DNA from: Ginkgo biloba
Taxonomy: Eukaryota; Plantae; Ginkgophyta
Assembly (NCBI GenBank): GCA_024626585.2
Contig: JANKJI020000004.1
Location: forward strand, 142,497,871 to 142,523,798
Length of the DNA stretch: 25,928 nucleotides
Reading direction: 5' to 3'
Shown: positions 8,251-21,158 of the stretch, piece after piece
Layout of the letters: each line of letters begins with the position of its first letter
Position numbering within the stretch: position 1 is the first letter of the stretch
Notes under the pieces: generated by a model
What the model saw: only the letters and a program-made list of their open reading frames with translations
What the model was told of the DNA's origin: nothing
Databases searched by the model: none
Made by a program: the position numbers and the translations under genes

Positions 8251-11200
8251 CTGAAAGACAATTTCACTTTCAGATGAGCTGAAAAATGAAGCCCACTGTT
8301 CACTTCTTGTGAGAATGAGCATTCCTTCACTATATCACCAATACTACTTGAAACATGTGCTCTCAACAAATAAGATCTCTGTGACAATCAAGCATTCTAT
8401 TGATATATTGGAAACTCCATGCAACAAACTCGTGCTTTTTCAAATCGGCNNNNNNNNNNNNNNNNNNNNNNNNNNNNNNNNNNNNNNNNNNNNNNNNNNN
8501 NNNNNNNNNNNNNNNNNNNNNNNNNNNNNNNNNNNNNNNNNNNNNNNNNNNNNNNNNNNNNNNNNNNNNNNNNNNNNNNNNNNNNNNNNNTGCATCACAT
8601 AATTTTGCCTCATCAATATACCACTGGCATTTACTGAACAGTACTTGCTAAGAGAATGGTGAGGTGCTATTCAAAATTTTCACTGTTGACCATATGGAGC
8701 ACACCCTCCAATAGTATCAAACTCTAGTCTAGCCAACGGGAAGAAAACATAAGAAAGAGATGACATGAATTCACAGGAACATAATGCAGCACAGAATCAT
8801 CTTCTCATTGATCATAAAGATGATACAATATTAGTCAAGAACCTCCAACTCCAAATGCAGGCCTCTTGTCATATTCTCATTGACTCTATCCAATACATTA
8901 CATCTCATTTATAACCCTTCCACTAACCCTGCACTGGATCAAAACATTAATTACATTTAATATTTTCATTATATTTCTGAGTTTCTCACAGATTAGTGAC
9001 ATTAGGAGATAATTACAAACAAATTCCCTTCTTACATTTCCTCTTGGAAAAGTAGTACTTCCCGAAGTCAACCGTCATGCTTGATCAAATGCAGCCTAGA
9101 CTGATTTCCTGATTTTGTTGACCGGTTTCTAGATGACCCCAAACCGTATCTTGCTGTGCAATTGTGGCTAACCCCAAATTTTGTTTTGTGTGGGTTTGCA
9201 GCTGACCATGTACCATAGTTATTCTTTAAATTTACACATTATAGATCCAAGGAAATTGGCAGCATCTACGGTATAAGTGATTTCTTATGTGGTACATCTA
9301 CGTCTGTGAAGGAAAGTGGATTCAGATCTATAAGAAAGAGCCTTCTAGAACAAAATGATTTATTTTTAGGAACGTGCTCCTGAACAATATAGGAAACTTT
9401 TTACCATCACTGCAGGACTATGAACCCATTCGCATACAATATGTATCAAAATTTTGATTGCAAGCAATAAGAACTTTATGCATGAATATACATCATTTAA
9501 TAAGCAAATTTATGAATGTCAGAGTAATGTTGATGTTCAAATGCATCCTACTTTGATGTTTTTAGAGAAATTTTGTGGCATCTTCTTCAGACTCGATCAT
9601 TGCAGAAGAAAAAGCCCAGGCTTGTATTATGATTAAAGAAACTCATAAAGATCCATCTTTGCATTTGAAAAACATTATTGAGATCACACTGCAACTAAAA
9701 TCATCTTCAACACACATATTTGTGNNNNNNNNNNNNNNNNNNNNNNNNNNNNNNNNNNNNNNNNNNNNNNNNNNNNNNNNNNNNNNNNNNNNNNNNNNNN
9801 NNNNNNNNNNNNNNNNNNNNNNNNCAATTTTTTTTGGAGTATCTAATTCTTTAAAATAACATCTTGCACTATGAGGATGCCCTCAATAGGAGATCATAAG
9901 GCAATAAAGATAAAATAATTATGGGTAATATAAGATAAAATAAATTTTATTTATTAAAAAATAAAGGAAACTAACTTGCACATAGGGTTGGGATCACTCC
10001 TAGGGTTACCCCAAATCCTAAAAACATCTTTGTGGTACTATAGTATCATTATTACTCCTTGAAAGGAGGTGTCTATACCTAAAATTCCCTCTTGGAACTA
10101 TCCTTCATAACTTTTTAACCAGTGTGTGTAAAATATGCAAATAGGCCTCATCATTAAGATTAGGTTTAGGAACATCCTTCATGGATGAATTTGAAGTTCT
10201 CTTCATGGATGTCATTGCTCCACTTTTCAAGGAAAATTTTATAGAAGTCTATACTATACCATATATCTTTCATAATTTGAATTAATTGATAGTGTCAATA
10301 ATTAATTTTAATTCATTATAATAGCTTAAAATTAACTATGTAGCATTAAGGTTTTAAAAACTTATGACTTTGAGTGAGTTACCTTATCAAAATTATCTAT
10401 ATGATAAAGATGAATGCAAGCATAAATGATATCCTCCACAAAGAAATATACAAGTCCACAATTAACGGAAGAACGCATTGACAACTCTTGTATAACATAG
10501 TGTTTGATTAAGCAATTAAGCTAATAAGAATTCTACGGTACACTTTGCCTAGACATAAGGCTCTCAACATCTGTCCAAAGGTAAGAAGTCCTAATTCCGT
10601 ATGCAGCCTCAAATTGGGAAAAGCAATAAAGTCAATGCACATATGTTGACACAAGACAGGTTTTTATCCACCCTAAGGGAACAACATCTTTTTGCTAGCC
10701 TCTGCGTAACAAACTCGACCAAATTGCCTAGATACTAGATTGTCATAACTAAACATGACATTTTCCTAACCTTCTTTGATGTTATTTCTTACCATGGAAA
10801 ATCACTATTGTGGATGCTTCCTCTTTGCCTTTATAGCCTTAATACTCTATGAAAGTATCTGTAATGTAACAACTATTGGTTATTATGAATATAGCTATCA
10901 ACTATAAATGCATGACTAGATATCGAAATGCATACTAGATAAAAATTTAAGGAGATACAGAAGTTGGGTGGTCCTCTATCATCAAATGCTTGAATGTACA
11001 ATTAATGGCTTGCAAACAATTTGTGGGGTTATTTATAGCAATTAAATGGGCAGTATCCATGAAGAGATACAACCATAGGTTATGACTTTCCATTGTAACA
11101 TACCAATACATGTATAACTACACACNNNNNNNNNNTGCCAATGTGAACTAAAAAATAAACGAACGCATAATCACTTCAAGATCTCGAGGGGATCTAGGAG

Positions 11201-11769
11201 TGTGTCTTGTTAAGTCCAAGAATAAGGACATTAGTAGTACAATATGTAAAACATAACTGGCAGGGAGAAATAATTCCATGGGCTTATACACATGATCACT
11301 AATATAAATGTATGGAGTTCCAATTGCATCTGGTCCACCATACCAAATTACTCCCTATGGTACCATTCCTGAATGTANNNNNNNNNNNNNNNNNNNNNNN
11401 NNNNNNNNNNNNNNNNNNNNNNNNNNNNNNNNNNNNNNNNNNNNNNNNNNNNNNNNNNNNNNNNNNNNNNNNNNNNNNNNNNNNNNNNNNNNNNNNNNNN
11501 NNNNNNNNNNNNNNNNNNNNNNNNNNNNNNNNNNNNNNNNNNNNNNNNNNNNNNNNNNNNNNNNNNNNNNNNNNNNNNNNNNNNNNNNNNNNNNNNNNNN
11601 NNNNNNNNNNNNNNNNNNNNNNNNNNNNNNNNNNNNTGGGAGTTAGAGCAATCCCGATTGAGCCTAACCAACCCATGAAAGATTCCAGAGTGCCAAGTTT
11701 CAATATTTAAGGTAAGCCAAGGTCTAGCTTGGCAAATAGAAATGAGATTTGCATAGCTATTGTTTTTCT

Positions 11770-12300
11770 GGATTACTTCTGAATTGATATTGAGATTTAG
11801 TTGGAAGGAGGATGGAGTACTTCCTAAGGTGACATCTTACTTGGGCATCCATTCTTGGCACTATTACAGCACAAGAGATCTTTAGAAAACTAAAAAACGT
11901 GACATAGGCTTACTTGGAGTGGAGCACCCTTCTATGGAGATGAATTTTGTACCAGTTGTTGGCTTATTCTTGAAGGTATACAGTTGTAGAATAAGTTGTG
12001 GGAGATTTTGACCAACCACATACAAGGACATCTCAATATCCAAGAGTTTTACCAACTCAGTCAACCCCAAGTTGACAGTACAGTTAAAGCCTTGATTACA
12101 GAAGCATTCTTTGGACTGTTGTGCATGCATACAAATCTATTCTGGCATGATAAATGCACAAAAAGAATGCTCGAGGTAGGGCGTCTCTCTCTAGAGGTAT
12201 TCCCAAAGGATTTTGATTGTCTTGCAGATTGTAATGATGAAATTGCATGCTGGTTGATTTAGGAAAGCCTTCCTTGTGCATGCTTAACAACTTTTGGCCT
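11770..12300 (+). mobile_element. Possible highly decayed non-LTR (LINE) ORF2 C-terminal relic
   Basis: Interrupted frames with W/C-rich motifs (W..DGVLP, CWLIL, LWEIL, FWHDKC.KR), reminiscent of the region after the RT domain. No diagnostic RT motif is visible. Confidence 0.25.
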
Positions 12301-12952
12301 AACCTTTCTTAAAACCCTATGTTGTGATCCTAGGATGGCATACAGATGCAGTGGATGTCCACTGGGGGAAACTAAGCCAAATTGCTTTTACGATTTTTNN
12401 NNNNNNNNNNNNNNNNNNNNNNNNNNNNNNNNNNNNNNNNNNNNNNNNNNNGAAAGGATACCCGCTTTACAGTGGCTATCATGTTGAAAGTATACCCACT
12501 AAACTGTTAGTCACCACATACCATAAATTAACATAAATGGGTTGAAAGGATATATGCAGCAAAGGTAACAAAATTAATATAAATAAATATTGCTAACTAA
12601 GGGTAGAGCCTTATTAGGACTCGAGTGCCAAAAAGGGTTTAAAATGATACCTAAGGCCCAACACCATTATTGACGTTGGGTCAAGGGTTGCAATCTTGCA
12701 AATTGATCATAGCTGCTATGTGTTGACAACTGCACAAGAGGATGCAACTGGAGGTTGGTTACCAACACAATAAACCCTTAAGGTCGTCCCCGGCGCCAAC
12801 AATCAATGTTGTTACTCTTACATCATTGTCTCATAGAGTAGAAACCCTATTTATGTACCTTTTCATGAAAGTTTATATTATGTACTCTAATGCTTAAATG
12901 TGTATTGTTTAGTATAGTTGACTTGCAGGTACAAATAGCAAAGCTATTAGAG

Positions 12953-13748
12953 TGGCATTAGAATGAGGGAAAGATTTATCTCATGCTAAAAAGATGGGAT
13001 CAGAGATTTCAAGACATTGGCTAGTATGGAGGAACATATGAAGATAATTGAAAAGCAACAACAAAGGGTTGAGAAACCTGTTTTTAGCTATAAACAGAGA
13101 AGAAAAAGAGTAGAACCAGAGTTGTCCATGGGCCAAATTTCCGATATGACCAAGAAGGAGACTCAGCAAAATCCCACAAGGAGGAGATGCAAAGTTCATT
13201 GGAAGACGCCCAAGAAGAGGAACTAAGACGAGAGCAGAAAGGAATGGAAGTTGCTTAAAAATGTTAATCAGTTGAAGAATATGCAGATGTAAGATTTTGA
13301 TGGAAGAGGAACAAGGTGGTCTATCGAATCGTGGATAAGAATTGTGGAAACTTTCTCCAAATACTAGTGGAATAAGGTGACCATGGTGAAGTTTTCACTC
13401 AAAGGACCAGCTCAAGATTATGAAATGGCGTCCAAACAGAGATGCGGGATGGAATGCAGCCACCTACTAAAACCTCCATGGAGGTGAAGGCAGTAATATT
13501 CAAAAAGTATGCACCACAGAATGACATGCAAAAGGTATATGGTCAGGTAATGGGGTTGAAGCAAAATGGTTTGGTGCAAGAAGTCGGCAATAAGTTGGCT
13601 AGACTGATTTGCATGGCTCTCAAACCTACTGTTGAGATATAGAGTGTATCATTTTGCATAGGGTTTGAAACCCCATATCCAACAAGGGGTGATGGTCATA
13701 AGACCTATAGTAGATGTCATTAAGAGTGCCTTACAAATAAGGAGAAGC
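12953..13748 (+). mobile_element. Ty3/Gypsy LTR retrotransposon relic: degenerate PBS and gag, inside a GPN3 intron in opposite orientation
   Basis: TGGCATTAGAA at 12953 resembles the tRNA-iMet PBS TGGTATCAGAG. Interrupted translation FDGRG...IESWIRIVE...KVTMVKFSLKGPA, FKKYAPQND...VMGLKQNG.VQE, HF..GLKPHIQ fits a retrotransposon gag capsid. Confidence 0.75.
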
Positions 13749-13848
13749 NNNNNNNNNNNNNNNNNNNNNNNNNNNNNNNNNNNNNNNNNNNNNNNNNNNN
13801 NNNNNNNNNNNNNNNNNNNNNNNNNNNNNNNNNNNNNNNNNNNNNNNN

Positions 13849-13925
13849 GACATTATAATTCCAACGCCGCAGCTGGTCAACAAAGGTTCGCAGTACAGGT
13901 ATATGGGAGTAAAGCTCTATCTGAC
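13849..13925 (-). CDS. GPN3: GPN-loop GTPase 3 internal exon (3' part lost in gap)
   Basis: Acceptor AATTTGCAG| then (G)QIELYSHIPVLRTFVDQLRRWNYNV, matching GPN3 DCPGQIELF.H.PVL.NFV..L...NFNVC (G3 motif region). No lesions, CpGs retained, and strand and order are consistent with the exons near 8.1 kb. Confidence 0.92.
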
Positions 13926-14059
13926 CTGCAAATTGAAAATTGAAAAAAAAATAAAGCTCAAATAAGGTTTACAAGTTAAACATAAGTAAAGCTCTATCTG
14001 ACCTGAACAAGAAATTGAAAAAAAAATTGAAGCTCAAATAAGGTTTACAAGTTAAACAT
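13908..14059. repeat. 77-bp tandem duplication spanning the GPN3 splice acceptor
   Basis: AGTAAAGCTCTATCTGACCTG...AAGCTCAAATAAGGTTTACAAGTTAAACAT occurs at 13908-13983 and 13985-14059. Confidence 0.95.
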
Positions 14060-14421
14060 GATTTCAAAGCATTAAAGAACTCCAATAAGCACAACTTCGC
14101 ACAGTTGAATAACAACAATGCATCAACAAAAATGTAATATGGCTGGTTAACTGAAAATAGAGATTGCTAAAGTTTTTGCTGCATCCTCTTCAGCAATGTT
14201 GAATAAAGTAAGAGATAAGGAAAACAAGGATACACAAATTCATCATCTCGAAGCAGTGTAAATACATCAATGTACTTTTCTTTAACTCATCTCAAAGTAG
14301 CGTAAGCACACTCGAAGTTGTCCCAAGGGAAAGCTCAATCCATCTGACAAATGACACCGAAAATAGTCCGGGAGAACAACACTACCATCTGAAATATGAA
14401 GGAAATCCTCGAAGTAGAAAG

Positions 14422-14532
14422 CTAGCTTGGGACTAAGCAACAAATGAGAAGCAGTCCATGTCATCTGGATGTACAAGACTAGCTTGGGAATAAGCAACAA
14501 ATGAGGAGCGGTCCATGTGATCTGGATGTACA
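14422..14532. repeat. 57-bp-period tandem duplication
   Basis: CTAGCTTGGGA.TAAGCAACAAATGAG.AGC.GTCCATGT.ATCTGGATGTACA at 14422-14475 and 14479-14532. Confidence 0.93.
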
Positions 14533-17449
14533 TTCAGTATATATCATNNNNNNNNNNNNNNNNNNNNNNNNNNNNNNNNNNNNNNNNNNNNNNNNNNNNN
14601 NNNNNNNNNTTAGGCAATAAGCAGTCAATGATATCTATTCTCTGTCGAAGAAATGAGATCTCAGAATGCCAACACCTTCTTGCGAGTGGACTGATCTTAA
14701 GCCACTAATCTCTAGAACAAACAGAGTGTTAAGTATAGATCCGGATCTCCCGATAGCCATGTGGGCCATGCAACAAATTGATAAGCTTTCCCCACGAAGG
14801 AGATCCTTACCTGTCAATACTATACACTAACATCACCCTGAAAAGGATGAGCACCAGTAGCGGCTAGAATGCACCATTAAGCTCAAAGAAATAAAAACGA
14901 ATATTTTTTTTTTTTTAAGAAAAATTTCAATAGCCGGCACTTAGTGTACCCAGGCTTGTGATGAGAATAACAAATTAATTCTTACAGACACAAATAGTAT
15001 CTTGTTACTGCTCAAAATTCTGATCCCAATATTGCAGCATCCCTGGGAACCATTAGATCCCACACCACACCCTCCTGGTACTGAGACCTATTTGTGCAGA
15101 CACTCCAACAAATTTCCCTAAGGCAGAGCAACCTTCTTCATACTGCTTGGAATCTCATGCTACCATGGACGTNNNNNNNNNNNNNNNNNNNNNNNNNNNN
15201 NNNNNNNNNNNNNNNNNNNNNAATCAATTTGCATATACAGACAGCAAACCCTTGCTTTTCATTAGTTTTATATTTTTTATATTTCTAGGAGGGAGTACTT
15301 AGTCTGCACCAAGACCGCCAACGAGGTACAACGAAGTGACACCTTCAATAGCAAGCCTAAATAGAAGACTACGTTTCTCTTATGACTCTGGAACCTTTCT
15401 ATTGGCTTCACGCTACTCCCGAATTACAAAGAGAGGGTTATTCCAAAGACNNNNNNNNNNNNNNNNNNNNNNNNNNNNNNNNNNNNNNNNNNNNNNNNNN
15501 NNNNNNNNNNNNNNNNNNNNNNNNNNNNNNNNNNNNNNNNNNNNNNNNNNTTTGTATCAACCTATTGGCTAAAGTTGGTTGATGTGGACATTGACCACAA
15601 GGTGGAGGAACTAATGTGGTGGTTGAAATGGAGAATGAAAAATCTTTACAATGCTCTAGTGCTATGTTAGGCTTTTTTTTTCTATCGAAGTATGTTGGAG
15701 CTTTATGCAATTTTACATATTCCTCCAACTTTATAGTTTCCTTTGCACTATTGATCTTCGCCAATCAATCTCAATTGTTGATTTGTCAAAGTTGAAGTCC
15801 TTTTGATGAGTTTTCTTTGTGAAAAGGAATCTTCACCTGTCAATCTCATTTAGAGGGAAAGAACAAATGTGTATGTAGAATGCATTGCGAATTCAAACAA
15901 AACTAACTTCAAAGAAACACAAGGGACAAAAGAACTAAAACTTTAAAGTTGACATTGAAATTTAACGTATATGTTTCTCAATCTAAGTGCTAAATACCTT
16001 AACCTATAATTTGACTATAACTAATAGCTAGAATACTCCTAAACAAGCTTTATGTACAAAGTATTTTTTTGTTATCAATTCAGACCAATCGGTTACCTTG
16101 CAGTCATTGGCTTGCAGGACTGGTTACCGATTGTTCCCACATTGTTAGGCAGTTGTAGGTGACCAAAGGAAAGAGAGATGTAGAGTAGAATGTTGGAGAT
16201 TGGGCCTCTAAGGGATTGATGCAGGTTTGTTTTCAAACTTACATGGAGATAGAGAGAGTGGGGAGAAGGGGAAAGGAATTTCCACTAACGGCTAAGAAGT
16301 ATCTTCTAAGATGAGTTTGGAGAAGGCATATTTGACTTTGTACAAGATGGATCTCTTGCCTATCCACCACAAAGCACTCTAATGTGACTCCAAATCTAGT
16401 GGATGGTTGAATAAATGGTATCAATGGTTGAGACCGCACTGAGAAAGTCTATCAACCTTATAGAGGTTAGGTTATTTTGTTCCTATCCCTCTCCCACATG
16501 TTCTTAGCATACAGACTCATTGGTTAACTTGTAGAAGAGATTTTGAGAATTAATTACCAGTTGGGATTGCCTACCTATCCTTCAAGCACCCAGGAACGAT
16601 ACGAGAGTGCAGTCTCCTATCCATCTAGGATGTCACACTTCTATGCAATTCCGGTCAGAATAAGAAGCCTGGCAGAGGTGTGCTATCGCAGCCTACTAAC
16701 AAGTACATCTTACTGAAACATAAATCCACGACCATTCCTTCTACTCAAGCTATTAAGAATAAAAAGATGATCTATTCTGAACACAATCAAATCCAGACAA
16801 ACCAGGCTTGGACAGTTATACCACCTATCCTCGCCCTGGTCCAACCAGGCACCACAGAAGGAGATATTAGTTGCAAGCCAAAACAATGCCTTTTTGTTAT
16901 CGGAAAAAGATCAAATACATGTGCTGAAGGACAGTGGACAACTGCCTCCCAACTGCCTTCTTATACTAATGTCTATTGCACGACTTGAAATTCTATTGAA
17001 GCCGAGAATCATCTTACACCTAGCCAGTCCTGAGTAGGACGGGCTACTCATTATTGCCCAATTCTTTCCAATTACATTTTCATGAATATGCTTGCAAGTC
17101 TTGACAGGTGATGATAATTATAGAAGTATACATCAAAAGAGCATTTGATAGTAATAATTTCCTAAGGATCACCAAAATGCTCAAAATACCAACATAGAAT
17201 CCACAAATTAAGAGTTCAAAGTGCCAAAATCCATCCATTCTTGAGGACAGAGTGCCAAATTGGCACTAATCACTCCTCCCTTCTTTATCTGTGCCAAATC
17301 CCTTCAGCCCTTTTTCTTACTCATTATCCATTTTGGCATTTTGTTCTCATCCTCTACAAGAGGCCCCAGCAGGCTTCCTGTGTCCTACTACTCTCCCGAT
17401 GCTACCAGTATCTGCTATTCCAAATGCAATTGCTCTGAGGTTGATTGAA

Positions 17450-17950
17450 TTGAATTTAGTGCTCAACTAGTACCCCTTGGGGTGCAAATTCAATTTCAAT
17501 TTTCTCTTTTGAAGGCAAATCACCCTCTTCTCAGAGATACCGAGATCCTACTTAATGTTCTTCCAATGAAACTACTAAATGTCAGGCCAATACGAATTGT
17601 GATCCTCTACTCAGTACAAAGTCAGACCAAGTACCATTTGTGGGTATTTCTGAAGTAAGGGTCTGTACCACCTCCATAATTCTATTAGCCTCAGGACTGT
17701 CCAAGAAACAAAGTACCATTTATCTTGCAACATGATGACTTACGATTCAAGGTTCCACGTGGGGTGCCATCATTCATCCTGTCAAACCTCTCCTCTCCAA
17801 GACCACTCAACTTCCAAGATTCCATCTTCCAAATGTATGTCCCTAGGACTCATCAAAGGTTGTCGAAAGAAAATCGTGCCAATCCATTCATCCACACATG
17901 TCTGGAACTATTGAATCAGCATCCTGCCTCTATTCATCAATCCTTTATAT
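17450..17950 (-). mobile_element. Possible LINE ORF1 (DUF4283-like) relic
   Basis: Interrupted minus frame ILEVEWSWRGEV*QDE*WHPTWNLES*VIMLQDKW resembles the W..G....L..W.P.F pattern of plant L1 ORF1. Confidence 0.35.
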
Positions 17951-19049
17951 GCANNNNNNNNNNNNNNNNNNNNNNNNNNNNNNNNNNNNNNNNNNNNNNN
18001 NNNNNNNNNNNNNNNNNNNNNNNNNNNNNNNNNNNNNNNNNNNNNNNNNNNNNCAACTCTGTTCCAACGATTGGGTTTGCATATGCATGTGCAATTAACT
18101 TCATGGGGGAGAGTACCCATTGCAGAGAAAGTCGAAAATGTGTAAGGTAATAAATTTGGTTATTTTTAATGATTTTTGTGATTATTAGTTTATTTTTGGG
18201 CTTAAATAATGTCTTTGGTCACATCGTAGGGCATCGCTATCAGTCAACGATCAATAAATCATCGGTCATCACACAGGATGCCGAAATTCAACCATATGAC
18301 CATGCACAAGTGAAATGATATTAAAATTTTACTCAGGGATGTCTTTTTCGAAATTAAAAAATAATGTCAGGGGTTCCAGAAAAAGGGATAGCCCCTTTTT
18401 CCACGTGATCGGGGGTAGGGAGCTAAAGTAAAGTGCTTTTAATAATATTTTTTCTACTGTTTTTTTTTTTTTACTTAGGGCATTTGATAAAAATTTCAAT
18501 TTTTTTTTTGTTTTCTTCAAATTGTAGTTGCGCACGCCTATTCTCCTGTGATGGCATCTCAGGATTCCAACAAGCTGTGTGTTTTCCCTCAACAGTGTTT
18601 GAGCTCCCACGGCATCACCTCGTTCCCACTGCTCGGGGGTCACAGCGTTCTCTCCAACCACAGGCTACCTCTCATATGCTACGACTTCACTTTCTCCCAA
18701 CCTCAACGAGCCTTGAAACAGAGAAACCTACTCACTAAACGGCACCCCACAAATCCGCATTTCACACACCAACTACTTTGTTTAGAGCACAGGCTTACAC
18801 TTGAGCTTTCCTTCACAGTGGCCTCGTGGTCTTTCAGTGTTGTTGTCCGATTGATGGTGCAAACCTTCTCGCGAGCTACCTAGCTTAGGTCTCCACGGTG
18901 ACTACTCACTATCGTCTCTCACTTCAACGAGTGTGGGGCCACCTTCTCCCAATATGCTAACCTATGGCCCTCTTCTAAGTTTACCACCAAACTGAACACC
19001 AAGGGTTCTTCATCTCCACCATTCTTCACCATTTCTCCATGTGACAAGC

Positions 19050-19345
19050 ATTATGACCATTTGCACCCTTACAAAAAAAAATGATGGATTAAGGCATAAC
19101 CAACCGAACCTCTTCCCAAGCTATGCAACAACATTCCAAACACAAGTCTCTCTCGCCAAAACCACGTATAAACACGTTTCAAGAATTTCACAGACCAAAA
19201 ATTCTATCACAACCTGTAACCACGTACAAGATTCATATTGAAGACGTATAAATCTCCTCACATTGGATAATTTTAACAAACAAGCCCAATAATCATTCCA
19301 GATTCGCTTAAACACACAAACCTAACTTAGTTTAGGCTAAGGATA
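19050..19345 (-). mobile_element. Possible LINE ORF1 N-terminal relic
   Basis: FKRIWNDYWACLLKLSNVRRFIRLQ...W.V resembles the start of L1 ORF1 in seed-free plants (recalled pattern only). Confidence 0.25.
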
Positions 19346-20239
19346 TCCNNNNNNNNNNNNNNNNNNNNNNNNNNNNNNNNNNNNNNNNNNNNNNNNNNNN
19401 NNNNNNNNNNNNNNNNNNNNNNNNNNNNNNNNNNNNNNNNNNNNNNNNNNNNNNNNNNNNNNNNNNNNNNNNNNNNNNNNNNNNNNNNNNNNNNNNNNNN
19501 NNNNNNNNNNNNNNNNNNNNNNNNNNNNNNNNNNNNNNNNNNNNNNNNNNNNNNNNNNNNNNNNNNNNNNNNNNNNNNNNNNNNGACACGACACCTGTCC
19601 AGTGACTCCCAACACGTGTCAACCTAGGGATTGACCTAAAGGACGACTCACCCCTATGACACGACCCTTATTTAAGACTTAGGTATCACAACATTAGGTT
19701 GTGACCCCAATTACAACGTGTAAACACTAAATTATTTTCTAACAAATATGAGATCATTATGGACATACTTGTGAAGATAGAAGGGCAAAACAACATNNNN
19801 NNNNNNNNNNNNNNNNNTTGAAATAACAGATGCAAGAAGAAAATAACAAGTTTCCTAGAAGAAAAAGTGTGAAGATTACCAGGTCCTGGGAGGAACTGGG
19901 TACCAGACAAATTATGAAGTGAAGAACTTACTAAGAGGGTTGGCAAGTTATGACTTGCCATATAACCTTTTCCTTTTCCAATGGTTTCTAGTCCATTGGT
20001 TTGAGGAAGGTGAGGAGAAGGTGTGAAGTTTCATTGATTTGTTCGAAAAAACATTTGAAACCTCATAAGGACCCAATCATTGACATTTGAACTTGCCAAG
20101 ACAAGTTTCGTACCAGGAATCAAACAGAAGTGCCTACTCCCCAAGTAAGTGCTTATCTTCAATGAACTTATCATGCCATTACTTTGTCTTGTTGTGGATA
20201 AATTCTAAGGATTGTAGAGCACAATGGCTATTTTATTCT

Positions 20240-20925
20240 AACAACTGGATCAGTCTCCTCTTCTAGGCATCATTTGATGTTAACCCTAGAAAACAAGCTA
20301 GTCTAAAACTTTTGATTTCAAATTCAACAAGAAGATAGGCTTTCCTATCGTAAACCATTTCATATGGTGTAAGGCCAATGGCACTCTTCTTAGTGATGCC
20401 ATAAGCCCATGCAGTTTCTCTTAGTCTTTCCTCCCAATCTTGCATTGTTTATATAAAGTTTAACTTCACAGTTGGTCACTTCTGCTCAACCATTTGCTCG
20501 AGGGGATTAAGGATTGGACTTCCTGTGCTTGATGGAATATTCTTAGACCAAATATTTAATGATTTGATTCACAAAATAAGTACCCCAACCACTTACAAGT
20601 TCCCTAAGAGGACCAAACTAGGTAACAATATGTTCATATAGAAAAACTGCCAGATTTTTAGCATCGAGGTTTTTAGTAGCTTTCACCTCCGTCCATTTGG
20701 TCACAACGTAGGTCGACCCATTTGTTGGCATGCATCACATGAAGTAGCAAATTGTTGTGTCTTAAAAATTGTTGGCCACCAGTATCTTGATTGCAATATA
20801 TTTTTCATTGTTTGGGTTCATGTAGAATGTCTTCCACAAGGATCCATATGATAAGCTTTGAAAATATCAATGATTCAGTTTCAAACACACATTTTTAAGA
20901 AAGCCACTAGGTTCTGGTCTTTAAA
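20240..20925 (-). mobile_element. Ty3/Gypsy (non-chromoviral, Athila/Tat-like) integrase relic with internal deletion
   Basis: HHCC finger (H.DPCG.H...YWWPTIFK...CDACQQMGRP), core VTKWTEVKA...FLYEHIVT*FG...YFVN...HRKS.P..PRANG*AE.TN, then DWEERLRETAWAY...IGLTPYEMVY...EFEIKS. Many stops and frameshifts. Confidence 0.88.
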
Positions 20926-21158
20926 AGTCATTAGCAATCTATGTTATATTAATATCATGTTTATAATGGTCAATTAGATATTAGATTTAGGCTTTAATAA
21001 AGTCATTTCGACTTTATGTTATATTTTGATGTTAAGTTACTTNNNNNNNNNNNNNNNNNNNNNNNNNNNNNNNNNNNNNNNNNNNNNNNNNNNNNNNNNN
21101 NNNNNNNNNNNNNNNNNNNNNNNNNNNNNNNNNNNNNNNNNNTTATTTATTCTAATAT

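Noticed and set aside
9640-9680. Minus-strand KMDL as a missing GPN3 exon (NILSKMDL)
   Set aside because: Flanking residues (SNAKMDLYE) do not match GPN3; chance tetrapeptide.
11299-11710. ORFs of 100-134 aa, and similar X-filled ORFs elsewhere
   Set aside because: Their length comes from N-runs that contain no stop codons.
15552-17100. Short ORFs at 15.5-17 kb as genes
   Set aside because: No recognisable motifs or consistent splice structure; probably decayed TE sequence that I cannot classify.
18360-18430. Helitron 3' end (hairpin plus CTRR)
   Set aside because: The hairpin is A/T-rich and there is no properly placed CTRR followed by T on either strand.
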